From the NCBI RefSeq assembly GCF_009914755.1, contig NC_060925.1: a stretch of 64,000 bases of DNA; one strand, 5' to 3'. The translations under genes and the position numbers were made by a program. Position 1 is the first letter of the stretch. Every line of letters starts with the position of its first letter. The DNA is from the human T2T-CHM13v2.0 reference genome, Homo sapiens. Positions 45,990 through 64,000 of the stretch are shown here, one piece after another. The notes under the pieces were generated by a model that was given only the letters and a program-made list of their open reading frames with translations, did not search any database and had not been told where the DNA came from.

Positions 45990-47300
45990 TGTCACAGTGG
46001 AAAGGACACGAGACAGGCGCGCCACCGGGTTGAGTCTCGCGAACAAACTGAGGCCAGAGTGCCTTCCCCAGGGCTGCACGTCAGTCAGGAAAAAAAAAAG
46101 CATTCTCTCCGACAGGTCAAATCACCGAAGCCTCGGGATCGTCGCTGGGGGCTGTGACGGGGCTGGCATGAAACGTCCCTCTGTCTGGCTGGGCGATGGG
46201 TCAGTGCTCAGGAGTTTCAGGCCTTTAAGGCCCGGCCAGACCGCAGGGGGACTCTGCAGCCGGGTCGGGGTTTCGATCCTGCGCTGCGGCCTTGCAACTG
46301 CGAGGACTTGGGGGTCGTGCTTCGTTCGCCTGGTATCCTCGTTCGTGCGTGTAGGAGGCGCCTGGCTTGCCGGGCGGTGCCAGGCGGCAAGAGGGAGGGC
46401 GCACGGGGCGTGTCCGCCCAGGGCGGCCCCTGTAAGCGCTGCAGAAGCGCTGCTCCCGGCGCCCGGCCCCGCCCCAGCCTCCGCCCCACTACCGCGCAGC
46501 GCAGGCTCCGCCCCCAGTTTTCCCCGCCCGGTCCGGCCCGCTCGGCCTCGGCAGCAGCGGCTGCGGCGAAGGCGCGCGAAGGTAGGTGGCCGGGGGCGCG
46601 CGCGTGCGCGGGGGCGGGACGGACGCGCTCCCGGCGGAGGAGGCCGCGCGCCTGGGGGCGGGCTGGAGCCACGTACCGGGGCTGGGGGCGCTGTGTGTTC
46701 CGCGACTGCCGCGGCCCGGCACCGGAGGCCAGGAGAGCGTTCCCAACAGGCTCCGCGGATGCCCCGCCGCGTCCTGCCGCCCATCCTGCCCGGATTGTCG
46801 CGGGCCGGGGGCACGACAGGAGACTGGGGCCTGCAGGGCGCAGCCGTCCCTCCGCCGGCCGGGGTCCCCTCGCTCCGCGGGCGGCCGTGGGAGGCCCTCG
46901 CGACGGCCTCTGCCCCCCGCAGATGCCCTCTGCAGCTCCTGCGTGCGGGCCCCGCCCTGCACTGCCCTCCTCGTGTGGGATCCGGTTTCGTCTTCATTGC
47001 AGCCCTGCCGAGTCGGAAGCATCTCCATTGTGCGGATGGGGAAACTGAGGCCCAGAGCGCATAGTTGGGCTGGCCACGGAGGCAGGGCCGCCGGATGCTG
47101 TGCGGGGATGGGGCCCTGCACCCCTTGCGCCTCTCACCATGCGGCCTCAGGCCTCTGTGCCCGGCAGCGTCTCTGGAGTGGGCTTTTTAACGAGCTCCCT
47201 CCTGATTTTTGCACAGACTTAAGCCTAACGACCATGCTGGGGCGGATGTCTGCCCCTCTGGTGACCAGGTCACAGCTCCCTCGGGAAGACGATTGACTGG
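45990..47300. promoter_or_regulatory. CpG-island promoter ~8 kb upstream of the CROCC ATG exon
   Basis: Very high CpG density, clustered GC boxes (CCCCGCCCC and CTCCGCCCC, ~46466-46529), an NRF1-like GCGCGTGCGC at ~46600, and a splice donor AAG|GTAGGT at 46582. Confidence 0.8.
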
Positions 47301-47839
47301 GGAATGGGGACCCTGGGGAGGAGGACTTCAGGGTGCCATCTGTCTGTTTACGCCAGAAAACAGAGATTTCTGTTTTCTTTCGCTGGGCTCACAGCAGGTG
47401 CTTAATAAACAGATCTTGTGGCGGGAGCAGACGACAGCGAGGTTCAGGCAAGACTCCAGGAGTCAACCCCTGGATCTCGGAGGCTCCCCACCCGCGCACA
47501 TTTCCCTGACTTAACCCTCCCCTCCCCAAGTCTTTCAGCCCTTTCCACCCAAGTGGCCCCTGTGGGGGTCACTGCCTGGTTTTCACCCTGATCTTCTGGG
47601 ATGCGGCAGATGCTGGCTGGATATGTGTTCGCTGGTGTCCTTCCGTGATCCCCGTCTGTGGCTGACACCATCTGTGGCCCAACATGACCCCAGCCAGAGC
47701 CAAGGGGAATCATTTCTTTTTCCATTTAACATCCTATGTTATTACTTGGCTCTTAGCATTCATTAATTCATTCAGCAGCTCTTCATGGAGCTTTGGCCTT
47801 AGCCCATGCACTGTGGAAGTGACAGTGAGCTAAGCCAAC

Positions 47840-53536
<5,697 letters not shown>

Positions 53537-54465
53537 TGAGTGTTGGCCACGTGACCCCCCAGCACCATGTCATGTGCTGGGTATGCACACACGATACTGT
53601 TTCATCCCCGGACGGCTCCGAGAGATGAGTACCAATATTATCACATCTTACGTAAGAGGACACTGAGTCTCAGAGAGGCAAAGTCAGTGTCCCTGGTGCA
53701 CCCAGCTAGTGGGGGCTGGGGTGGGTGTGAAGGGGCCAGAAGCTTCCCAATAAGTGCCTGAAGGGCAAGGCTAGGGCATTTGTAGTTCGAGGCTCTACCA
53801 CTGTGTCTAGGTCAGACCTAGGAATGCCGCAGGTGTTGCATAAATGCTCATCAGTCCAGGCTGGACCGCTCATGCCCAACTAAGTGCCAAGCCTGGCCTG
53901 GGTGATCTCACAGCCTGCATTCTTTGCCCTACACCTGTTGTGGGAAAACATACTCCCAGCATGCTGTAAATCCTCTCATTCTTAGCTAACCATGTGACTC
54001 CCGTTCTGGGCCAGAAAGATGGTCACAAATACTTAGGACTCTGGCCTTTCCCGCCGCATGGCTACTGACCCCACCCCCTGGGCTTGGAGGGCTCTAGGAC
54101 CCAGCAACCTGCGCAGGGTGAAGAGTGTGTGAGGTCCTGACCTCCAGGTGTCTCCCCTGTTTCCTCCTCCCATTCCCTCTTCTCTCTCCTCCCTCCTTTT
54201 CTCTCCCTTCTCCTCCCCTCTCTTCATCCTTCCTCTTCCTTTGGCTCCCTGCCTCTGCTTCCCTCCTCTCCTGTCCTTTCCCATCCCCTCCCTCCTCAGC
54301 CCACATCCTGCTCCTCCCACCGCGGTGGTCACATGGGGGCGCCGCCGGATTTAAGCTTAATCTGCCTGGTGCTCAGCACAGCATCCTGGCTGTGGCGCGT
54401 GCTGACTGAGCTAGTCTTGGGGTCCTGGAGAAGGGGGCTGGAGGCATGCCCGCAGCCTCCCCCCC

Positions 54466-54525
54466 ATGAGCTTGGGGCTGGCGGGGGCACAGGAGGTGGA
54501 GCTGACACTAGAGACGGTTATCCAG
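54466..54525 (+). CDS. CROCC: Rootletin (ciliary rootlet coiled-coil protein), coding exon 1
   Basis: MSLGLAGAQEVELTLETVIQ followed by donor GT at 54526; matches the rootletin N-terminus. Confidence 0.93.
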
Positions 54526-55109
54526 GTGGGTCCTGGGGGCTGTGCCCACCCTGTCTGGGGCGGGGCAGCGTGGACTTAACAGGAGTGGTGAGAGGTGTGT
54601 GCGTCTTGGGGATCAAGGGGTGGGAGAGGTGTGGTGGTGGTGGGGTATACAGGGGCCCCCCGCTTGCAGTTCCTGGCAAGATGGGGGGCAGAGGTACACA
54701 CAGGGTGCACCTGCTGTGGCTCCCTCATCCCAGTGCCCTGGGTTGGGAGAAGGGGGTCTCTACTGCCAGATTTTAGGGCTTGGGGGACCTCTGGCATAGC
54801 CAGATCCTCATCCATCTAGGGTCGGAACCGGATTGGAGCCCCCAACACTGGACTGCCTCCAGTGGGGTTTGGGAGTTACCCGTAGGGTTTGGTTCTCATC
54901 TCTGGCCCTGGGCCTTCTTCCTGGGGCAGTGAGCACACAAGAGGCTCTTTGCATGGGGATTTTTTGGATTCTAACTCCCAGGCTTCACTCCATCTTGAGG
55001 GGGCTCCTGGGGACCTGTATCTTGGGCAGTAGGATTCTGTGGCTCTCCCCACGAGGCCAGGGAGCCCCGGGTCCCATGTCCCCTGAAGACCCTCTCGCTT
55101 TTCCCACAG

Positions 55110-55245
55110 ACACTGGAGAGCAGCGTCCTGTGCCAGGAGAAAGGCTTGGGCGCGCGGGACCTGGCCCAGGACGCTCAGATCACCAGCCTGCCTGCCCTTA
55201 TCAGGGAGATTGTCACCCGCAACCTCTCCCAGCCTGAGAGCCCAG
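55110..55245 (+). CDS. CROCC: Rootletin exon 2
   Basis: cag|ACA...TLESSVLCQEKGLGARDLAQDAQITSLPALIREIVTRNLSQPESP...G|gt; 136 nt. Confidence 0.93.
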
Positions 55246-56084
55246 GTGCCACCCCCATCCGCTCCCCTCCACAAACACCACCCACATTTTACCTCTTCTC
55301 ATGTCCCTTTCCTGAGCAGTCACCATGATGATCATGACTGTAACTCGCTGTGGGGCAGGCACAGCTTTATGACAGAAGAACCCATTTTACAGATGAGGAA
55401 ACAGAGGCTCAGGGATGTAATTTGTCCAGACTTATTCCGCATGTGGTGCAACTAGAAGGAAGGGCCGAGCATCTCCTGCGTGCTTGCCTGTAGCCTGCTG
55501 CAGAGATGTGAACCCCAAATCCCGTATTCCCACCCGGGGAAGGTGTGAGCTGGCTGAACCCAAGATACAGGAAGAGGGCAGCTCAGCTCAGACCAGGGTT
55601 TTGCGGAAGTCTGAGTGGATGGCGCCGTCCATCCGTTTCCCACGTGGGCAGGAAGGCGGATGGTCCCTGCTCCTCTCAGTGGGTGGCGCACACGGTGTAG
55701 TTATGTGGCTTGAGGATCTGGGAAAGGCACACTCAGTTGCAGCTGGTGTGCTGGCGTGTGGCGTTTTGGTGCTCTAACCATTGTCTGTGTTCAACTCCCA
55801 AGCTACAGACGGGCCCCCTCCTTGGGAGCGCCAGGGATGTTGGCGCCCTGGAGCCCCAGACAGGGAGAGACTCAGAGGGCCCTCACCCTGACACCTGGGG
55901 TGTATGTCCAGTTCTCCCAGGGTAGAAGGGGAACCCACAGGAGGTGGACAACCCCGCTTCTCCCGCTGGCCTTTCTTTCCCTCTTCTCTCTTTCTCCTTC
56001 TCCTCACAACCTGACCTATGCTATGCTCTCCTGAGCCCTAGCCTTTAAAGTTCCATGAAGCCCTTCTCTTGAGCGAGGCTTTGA

Positions 56085-56425
<341 letters not shown>

Positions 56426-56769
56426 CCATATTACAGATAAGTAAATCTGAGGCCCCGGAGAAGAAGACTAATTGGAAAAGGAGGGAGCAAGAACTCAGGG
56501 GTCTCCTGGCTCCTAGACTGAGCGTCTCTCCTGCACCTCCCAAACCTGCTGGGCCACACTTTAGCTGGAGTTGTGTTCACTTTACGTCCAGCTTTGTATC
56601 CCCTCCTTGCCTTCCTCCCTGTTCTCAGCTCTGTTTGCAGGCCTGGTGCTGCAGCCATTCCCATCTGGACTCCTCCCAGGGGCCTGGATGGTTTTCTTGC
56701 CCTCCCTGTTGGGGGGAGGATGTCCCACTGGACCCAGAAGCCAACCATGTGCCCACTGTCCCTTGCCAG

Positions 56770-56924
56770 TCCTGCTGCCGGCCACAGAGATGGCATCGCT
56801 GCTGTCGCTGCAGGAGGAGAACCAGCTGCTGCAGCAGGAGCTGTCCCGCGTGGAGGACCTGCTGGCCCAGAGCCGTGCCGAGCGCGATGAGCTCGCCATT
56901 AAGTACAATGCGGTCAGCGAGAGG
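56770..56924 (+). CDS. CROCC: Rootletin exon 3
   Basis: (V)LLPATEMASLLSLQEENQLLQQELSRVEDLLAQSRAERDELAIKYNAVSER; AG/GT boundaries, phase consistent. Confidence 0.95.
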
Positions 56925-59479
56925 GTGGGTGCCGCCCAGGTGGTGGACTAGGCCAGGGTTCCCCTCGTTCAAGGGCAGGGAGGCATCTAGACCAGGCCCA
57001 CACATGGGGCAAAAGATGGGCCCTGGAGTCAGGTTGGCCTGGGCTTGGATTGAGGCTCTGCCACCTTGAGTGGCGTTGAGCAAATCACTATGCTCTTTAA
57101 GCCTGTTTTCTGTAGTGGGGATTGTAATGGGACGTGGAATTGTAGGAATCAAGGAGATAATAGAATAAAGTGCCTGGCACCAGGGGTATTTTGTTCCCAT
57201 CTGTCCCAGGCCTGTTAGGGGTGTGGGACACGGAGAATGAGATCCCTAAAGATTCCTGCCCCTTGAGTTTCTGGGCATCTCCCATTGCCACGGGCCTTGG
57301 GGTTGAGGCGGTGGCTGGATGCTGGCTCGAGGCTGGTGTGGGCACCCGCGGTGTTCTGCAGCCCATCTGGGGCAGCCACAAGACCTGCCGCCACTGCCTA
57401 TTGGAATGAGTTCCAGGCAGGGAAGGAAGGAGAAGCAGGCCTGTCTTCATGTCCAGGCAGGATTCACATCACCCGTGCTGCAGGCTTGTGGGGGTCCCAG
57501 GGTGTGGGGCGGGAGCTGGGTGTGAGCCGGTGCGAGGGGTGCGGGATGCTCTTGATGCACTGTCTGCTTTGGGCCTCCGGGTGGCCGGGAGGTGGCCCTG
57601 GGAAGTTGGTGGTGGCTGAAGATTGGTAAGGGACACTCGCAGCTGGGACAGAGTGTATGTGTGCAGATGAGAGGCATGCAGGTGGCAATAACGTATTAAC
57701 AGTAGCTACTGTTTATTGAGTGCCTACTATGTGCCAGGCGCGTGCTGAGTGTTTCACATTTAATACACCAAGGTCGGGACCATTATGATGCCCATGTAAC
57801 AGAGGAGAAAACAGAGGCTCAGGGAGGGGAAGCACCATGCTGGGGGCACACAGCCAGTTAAAGTTAGACACCAGGTCTTCCAACTCCCAGCCCAGGGCTC
57901 TGTTTGGTTTCTAAACTAACCCAGTCTAGAAACAAAGTTCTGAAGTTTCATTTCCTGTGTATGGGAAGAGACACTGGGCTAGGGATTTCAGGGCACAGCT
58001 GGCCCCCACAAAGTTGGAAGGGACCCAGAGAGGCAGGGGCTGGCCCAGGGTCCCCTGTGTGGTAGTGGCAGAGCTAGGGTTGGCATGGGACCCCTGAGCT
58101 GGACTTGTCCAGGCTGGAGCCCGCATTGGCAGGAGGGTGTGTGTTCCTGTGTATGACTGTGGGGTGTGCCCGTGTCCTGGGATTTGCCTGGCTGGACAAA
58201 CCCACGACTAGTTGGGACTTGTAGAGGAGCAGAGTAGGCGGCCCGCAGTGGCCCCTGGCATGAGGACAGTGGAGAGCTCGTTTCCCCAGGGTCTGCAGCG
58301 GGTGTGTAGGGCACGCTGGCCCCAGTCATGAATTGTGGGTGGTGATGGGGCCCTGAGCCAGGCACCCCTTTCTTTTGGTCCATGCATGGCACAGTGCCAC
58401 ACCCCCAGGGCCGCCTCTTAAATGCCACCTTCTGAAGCTAGCCCTGCCCCCAGGTTGGCAGGGAAGGGAAGAGGTGGGAGGTAGCAGGTTCCTCCTCTGC
58501 TGGGACACAGCTGCTGGGGCTGGGACTGCAGCACAGGGGGTCTGGGTTAGTCTAGAAAGCTCCCTCCTGTGGTTAGTGGGGGCCCAAATGGCACGCAGAG
58601 GGCGCCCGCTGCTTCAGTTGTCCTCTATCCACCATGGTTTGAATGAGGCCCCACCTGGAGGCAGGGGTGGAACAGGAATGACCTCAAAGGCCTTTCCTGG
58701 AGGGTGGGTCCCCAGAGAACTTCAGAGCCTAGAGATCACCTCATCACAGATAGGGAAAGTAAGTCCGGGAGAGGGGCATGATAGGCCCAAGGTCAGTGGT
58801 GGTCCTGGGATGAGACCCTTGGTCCAGGGCTCTGCAGTTGGGCAACATTCTCTTTCCCTGCCACCCCCTTGTCCCCATGGCCACAGGTGGCAGTGCCTGC
58901 CCCTGTGGCCCTCACTGGCATGTTGGGCTGGGTTGGTGGGCAGTCAGCGAGATTGTTCTGATCTTTCCAACCCTGCAGCACCCCTGGCATGGGGAGCGGA
59001 GGGAGGGTCAGGTCTGTGTCCTGTTAACTGCATGTCCTGCAGGGAAACTGAGGCACTCCCAGAGGCCACCTCCCAGCTGAGAGAGAGGACCTCAGGGCCC
59101 CCATGGGGGTCCCCCCTTCTTGCTGTCCCTGAGAAGCAGATGTAGGCGCAGCTGGGAATGGAAAGGAGGGAGTGGTCACGCCTCCCTTGGCTCCAGAGGA
59201 CAGACCCCCTGGGCTCCCTCGTGTCCATAGCAACCTGGAAAGAGTAAATTGAATGGCGGTCTGAGGGCAGCAGTTGCTAGGGGAGACAGTCAACTTCTTT
59301 CATCTCTGGCTTAGTGGCAGCCTCCTTCCCTTTTGAATTGCAAGTAAAATTGAAAGGCTGTTTTGCTCACGGTGAAGTTTGTGGAAAGGGGTGAGGTGTG
59401 GCCGAGAGGGCCCTGGCTCTGGTTCTGAGCACTGGAGAAGGGGGAGGAGAACCCAGCAACGGCCTGAACCCCTCTGTGT

Positions 59480-60200
59480 CCCAGAGGCAAACAGCACCTG
59501 CTTCACACAGATATGCAGTGTGTACACGACATGGGCTACACTGGGCCCCACACAGACACACAGATGCACAAAACATTCCACAAACAACATAGTGAGACCC
59601 TAAAACCAGGCCACACAGAAACACTCCAATTCACAGAATATGCACAGTGTTAGCCGCACACACAGCCAGATGCCACACAACCCCACACAGGCACAGAACA
59701 GTCCCCCCACCACCGGGGACCTATAACAACCATATGCAGATGACACAGCACGCTATCTCCCACCTCATGGGTGCACACGGACAGGAAAAGCATACAGTTC
59801 AACACAGCCACCAATCGGCCCACAAAGGTATGCCCAGATGCACAAAGTGTGTATCACACATACCAGGGAGCCCAGGCACACCCCCCAGACCCACCCACAT
59901 GCGGTTGTACACTTGCCTCACCGACACACAGACATATACCCTGATACACACAGCCAGGCCCAACACCCGCGCCACAACATAGACCTTCAGCCACAGATGC
60001 CGCCTTAGCCGTTCACGGGAAGGCTCAGATGCACCAAACAGTCGACGTGAACTCAGCACCCACACACTACACACACAGTGTCCTGCGTGGAGACAAATGA
60101 CAAAATACACCCCACTCGCACCTAGTGAGAGCCACCAACATCAGTGCACAGCCTGTGTGGCTGCCTCAGGCCACCGCCACCACACACAGATGTGGACACC
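59480..60200. repeat. CA-rich low-complexity tract in CROCC intron 3
   Basis: Many imperfect cacaca/cacacag units. Confidence 0.7.
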
Positions 60201-60940
60201 GCTCACCATTGACCTCAGTGGGCTTGGCACAGACGCTTGACAGGCCTGCAGCCGCCATCCAGGCAGAAACCCCCTACTTCCACCTCCCCTGCACAGCCTT
60301 GGACTGTGTTCCTCCAGACTCAGGGGGAAGCCCCCAAGTAGTCACAGTTAGCTCCTCCCTATTGGTGGGGCTGCCATGCACCTGTCCCGGGGGTGGGGTG
60401 GGTAGAGATGTCCTTGCTTTGTCTGTGGCTCATAGAACATCTCTCAGCATATGGGGTCAATGCAGGCCTGGAGGGCACCTTCCCTACCGCTAACCTGGCC
60501 TGGACCCAAGACCCGAGATGAGCGTGGGTGAGAGCAGCTGCCCTCCTGTTGGCTTCCTGTGGCTGGCGTGGCCCTGCACGGGTGGGCTTTTGAATGCCCT
60601 GCCTGGGCTGTAGCAGGCCAGGTCCTGAGGATGCAGATGGTGAGTGCAGGGCTAGCATCAGAGTAAGCTGGGCTGGGGTGTTGTCGCTGCCAGGTGCCCT
60701 TGACCCACTGTGTGCTCTCCCACTGCCCTGCTCCTCCCTCACCTCCCTTCCCCCAACAGCTGGGGAAGATGAGGGGCCACCTGGGGCCAGCAGGTGCCTT
60801 AAGGGAGTTGAGAGGGTTCTATGGCTGGTAGGGACAGCCAGAGCCCACAGGGGTCTGAGGATGTGCGGGATGGAAGCTTCCTGGGGGTAGAGGAAGGGCA
60901 GCAGCAACAGAGGCTTTCCTGCAGTGAGGATGGAGGGGAC

Positions 60941-61572
<632 letters not shown>

Positions 61573-62289
61573 GAAGGGGGCATTAATATGCAGGCGCCGT
61601 ATAGGGCAACATCTGTGTGCACCTCTTACAAATCTTAATGCTGTGTATATGAGGGGGTTCCTTCGTGTCCTCCGGGAATGTTTGAGGTTGCCTGTATGTG
61701 TTATGTGTGTGCATATCTTTAAGGTCAGATATGCATAGACAGATTGACACCTCTGTTTTGAATGTATTCCCATGAGCTCATCCCATTAATTCACTATCGC
61801 AACAAATATTTACTGAGCGTGAGCCATGCCATTCCACAGCCACCATTCTAGTACTAAGATACAATGAGGAACAAAAAATCCAGGCTTTCTGAGCTCACAT
61901 TGGGGTCGGGGCATGGTGGGAAGACACAGGCATCAATGTAATAAACAGAAACCACGACAGGGCTAAGTGTTCTGGAGGAGAGGCACATGGTGTACTGAGG
62001 CCCCTGAGGTTGACCCAGGTGCACCTTTGAGCTTTGCCTGCGTGGTTTGGGTTTGTGGGCTCACCTGCATGTGTCCATGCATGCCCCGTCTGCGTGCCCG
62101 TGCATGGCTGCATCACCCCATACACACGTGCACTGCCCCTGGGCTTGCCCACATGTGCTGCTCCCCAGGGCGCCAGGCTATCAGCCTACAAGGCATTGTG
62201 GGTCTGGGCCCAGCCTGCCACGCCCTACAGAAGCCTGAGCCTGCCTTCCCAGGAGGCCCAGGACTCTCACCCAGGGCCCTTCCCTGCAG

Positions 62290-62475
62290 CTGGAGCAGGC
62301 TCTGCGGCTGGAGCCTGGGGAGCTGGAGACGCAGGAGCCCAGGGGGCTGGTACGGCAGAGCGTGGAGTTGCGGAGGCAGCTGCAGGAGGAGCAGGCCTCC
62401 TACCGGCGCAAGCTGCAGGCCTACCAGGAGGGCCAGCAGCGGCAGGCCCAGCTTGTGCAGCGGCTGCAGGGCAAG
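62290..62475 (+). CDS. CROCC: Rootletin exon 4
   Basis: LEQALRLEPGELETQEPRGLVRQSVELRRQLQEEQASYRRKLQAYQEGQQRQAQLVQRLQGK; 186 nt, AG/GT. Confidence 0.95.
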
Positions 62476-62567
62476 GTCAGGACCACCCACTCCTGCTCCT
62501 GTCCTCCCACCTGTTCACTTTGCCCCGCCCCAACCCCTGGGGCTCACCATCAGCTCCCCATCCCCAG

Positions 62568-62651
62568 ATTCTCCAGTACAAGAAGAGGTGCTCGGAGCTG
62601 GAGCAGCAGCTGCTGGAGAGATCCGGAGAGCTGGAGCAGCAGCGGCTGAGG
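62568..62651 (+). CDS. CROCC: Rootletin exon 5
   Basis: ILQYKKRCSELEQQLLERSGELEQQRLR; 84 nt, AG/GT. Confidence 0.95.
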
Positions 62652-62729
62652 GTGGGTGCCAGTGTGGGGCAGGGGCAGGCCCTGCCCTCCACCTGCCCAA
62701 CCTGATGCTTTAACCTCTCTCCCACCCAG

Positions 62730-62791
62730 GACACAGAGCACAGCCAAGACCTGGAAAGCGCCCTCATCCGGCTGGAGGAGGAGCAGCAGAG
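62730..62791 (+). CDS. CROCC: Rootletin exon 6
   Basis: DTEHSQDLESALIRLEEEQQ(R); 62 nt, AG/GT. Confidence 0.95.
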
Positions 62792-62872
62792 GTGAGGGCG
62801 CAGCAGGGAGGGCCAGGGCTGGCAGGATGGCCCCCTGCGCGAGCGCCTACTGATCCCCTGTGCCCCATTCAG

Positions 62873-63038
62873 GAGTGCCAGCCTGGCCCAGGTGAATGCC
62901 ATGCTCCGAGAACAGCTGGACCAGGCAGGCTCGGCCAACCAGGCTCTGAGTGAGGACATACGAAAGGTGACCAATGACTGGACACGCTGCCGCAAGGAGC
63001 TGGAGCACCGGGAGGCGGCGTGGAGGCGCGAGGAGGAG
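62873..63038 (+). CDS. CROCC: Rootletin exon 7
   Basis: SASLAQVNAMLREQLDQAGSANQALSEDIRKVTNDWTRCRKELEHREAAWRREEE; 166 nt, AG/GT. Confidence 0.95.
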
Positions 63039-63734
63039 GTGGGCATGGGGGTGCAGGGAGGCCAGCCTGACCCAAGAGGAAGGGGCACTGCAGAGGAGGG
63101 AGGACTCAGAAGCCTGGAGAGGGAGAGGGAGCACTGTCCAAGGGAGCCTGTTAGCAGAAGTAAATAGCCGTCATCACAATAGCTGGTCTTTATCAGTGTG
63201 TAGCATGTACCACGTGCACGGTGTGCGTTGACCTTTATTCCTCATGATAACTGCATGTGGTAGGTGCTATCATTCTCCTCATTTTAAAGAGAGGTTAAGG
63301 CCCGTCGCAGTGGCTCACGCCTGTAATCCCAGCACTTTGGGAGGCTGAGAGATCGTGCCACTGCACTCCATCCTGGGCAACAAAGCAAGACTCTGTCTCC
63401 AAATAAGTAAATAAATAAAGAGAGTTTAAGTAACCTGCCCACAGTCATGCAACTGGCAGCTGGGATGCAAAGCTAGGTCCCTTGCATTTTTGCCCTTCGT
63501 TGCTGCCTCTTGCAGCCAAAAGAGGACTTGAAACCCAGGTCCCTGTGCAGGAGGGAGCCATGAGGCTTGGGAGGCTGAGCATGGCCGCTGCAACACAGCT
63601 CTGTGCACAGACCCACAGGAAGACCCAATCCCTGAACGACGGTGCCTCCCAGGATGGTCGGAGATGAGGGAAGCAGTGGGAGGGAGTAAACCCGCTCTCA
63701 CACCAACCCTTCCCTCGGCATGTCTTCCCTCCAG

Positions 63735-63841
63735 TCCTTCAACGCCTACTTCAGCAACGAGCACAGTCGCCTGCTCCTCCTCTGGAGGCAGGTGGTGGGG
63801 TTCCGGCGGCTGGTCAGCGAGGTGAAGATGTTCACTGAGAG
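63735..63841 (+). CDS. CROCC: Rootletin exon 8 (gene continues beyond the window)
   Basis: SFNAYFSNEHSRLLLLWRQVVGFRRLVSEVKMFTE(R); 107 nt, AG/GT. Confidence 0.95.
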
Positions 63842-64000
63842 GTGAGGCCTGGCCGGGGACGGGGCAGCAGCTGAGAGCCAGCCCTGCTCTTTATGTCCAA
63901 CTGAACTCAGTTGAATTTCAGTTCAACTCAACGCACTTACTGTGCACAAGGGCCGGTGAGGACACAGAGGCAACTTGTAATAACCATTACCACAGTCGTG

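Noticed and set aside
45934-47296. Long ORFs (376, 291, 246, 236 and 210 aa) on both strands
   Set aside because: They overlap in several frames, are rich in Arg/Pro/Gly/Ala and show no domain. This is expected from stop-codon scarcity in a very GC-rich CpG island.
58375-59145. 256-aa ORF in CROCC intron 3
   Set aside because: Starts at a non-ATG codon in GC-rich intron, with no recognisable motif or coiled-coil pattern.
62477-63088. Antisense ORFs over CROCC exons (also 56582-57200)
   Set aside because: Shadow frames of CAG/CTG-rich coiled-coil coding sequence.

Overview
Primate (human-like) genomic DNA that I recognise as the 1p36.13 RNU1/tRNA segmental-duplication region joined to the 5' end of CROCC (rootletin). 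Bases 1 to ~42.6 kb are a mosaic of duplicated blocks. They carry one intact U1 snRNA gene with DSE, PSE and 3' box (28420-28583), two degenerate U1 copies, intact tRNA-Glu(TTC) and tRNA-Asn(GTT) genes, a damaged tRNA-Asn, several probable tRNA relics, a frameshifted FAM231-family ORF, and dense Alu/L1/ERV1/MaLR repeats including ERV pol, gag and env remnants. From ~43 kb the sequence is Alu/MIR-rich, with a CpG island at ~46-47.3 kb and CROCC coding exons 1-8 on the + strand (54466-63841; the gene continues past the window). The most unusual feature is the U1 copy at ~36.9-39.3 kb. Its promoter and flanks are well preserved, its body is almost erased, and a sense-strand LTR10-like solo LTR has split it at the Sm site. 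It fits a wider pattern of snRNA/tRNA 'ghost' genes whose transcribed parts look more decayed than their surroundings. Repeat family names and locus names come from recalled consensus sequences, not database searches, and repeat boundaries are approximate.
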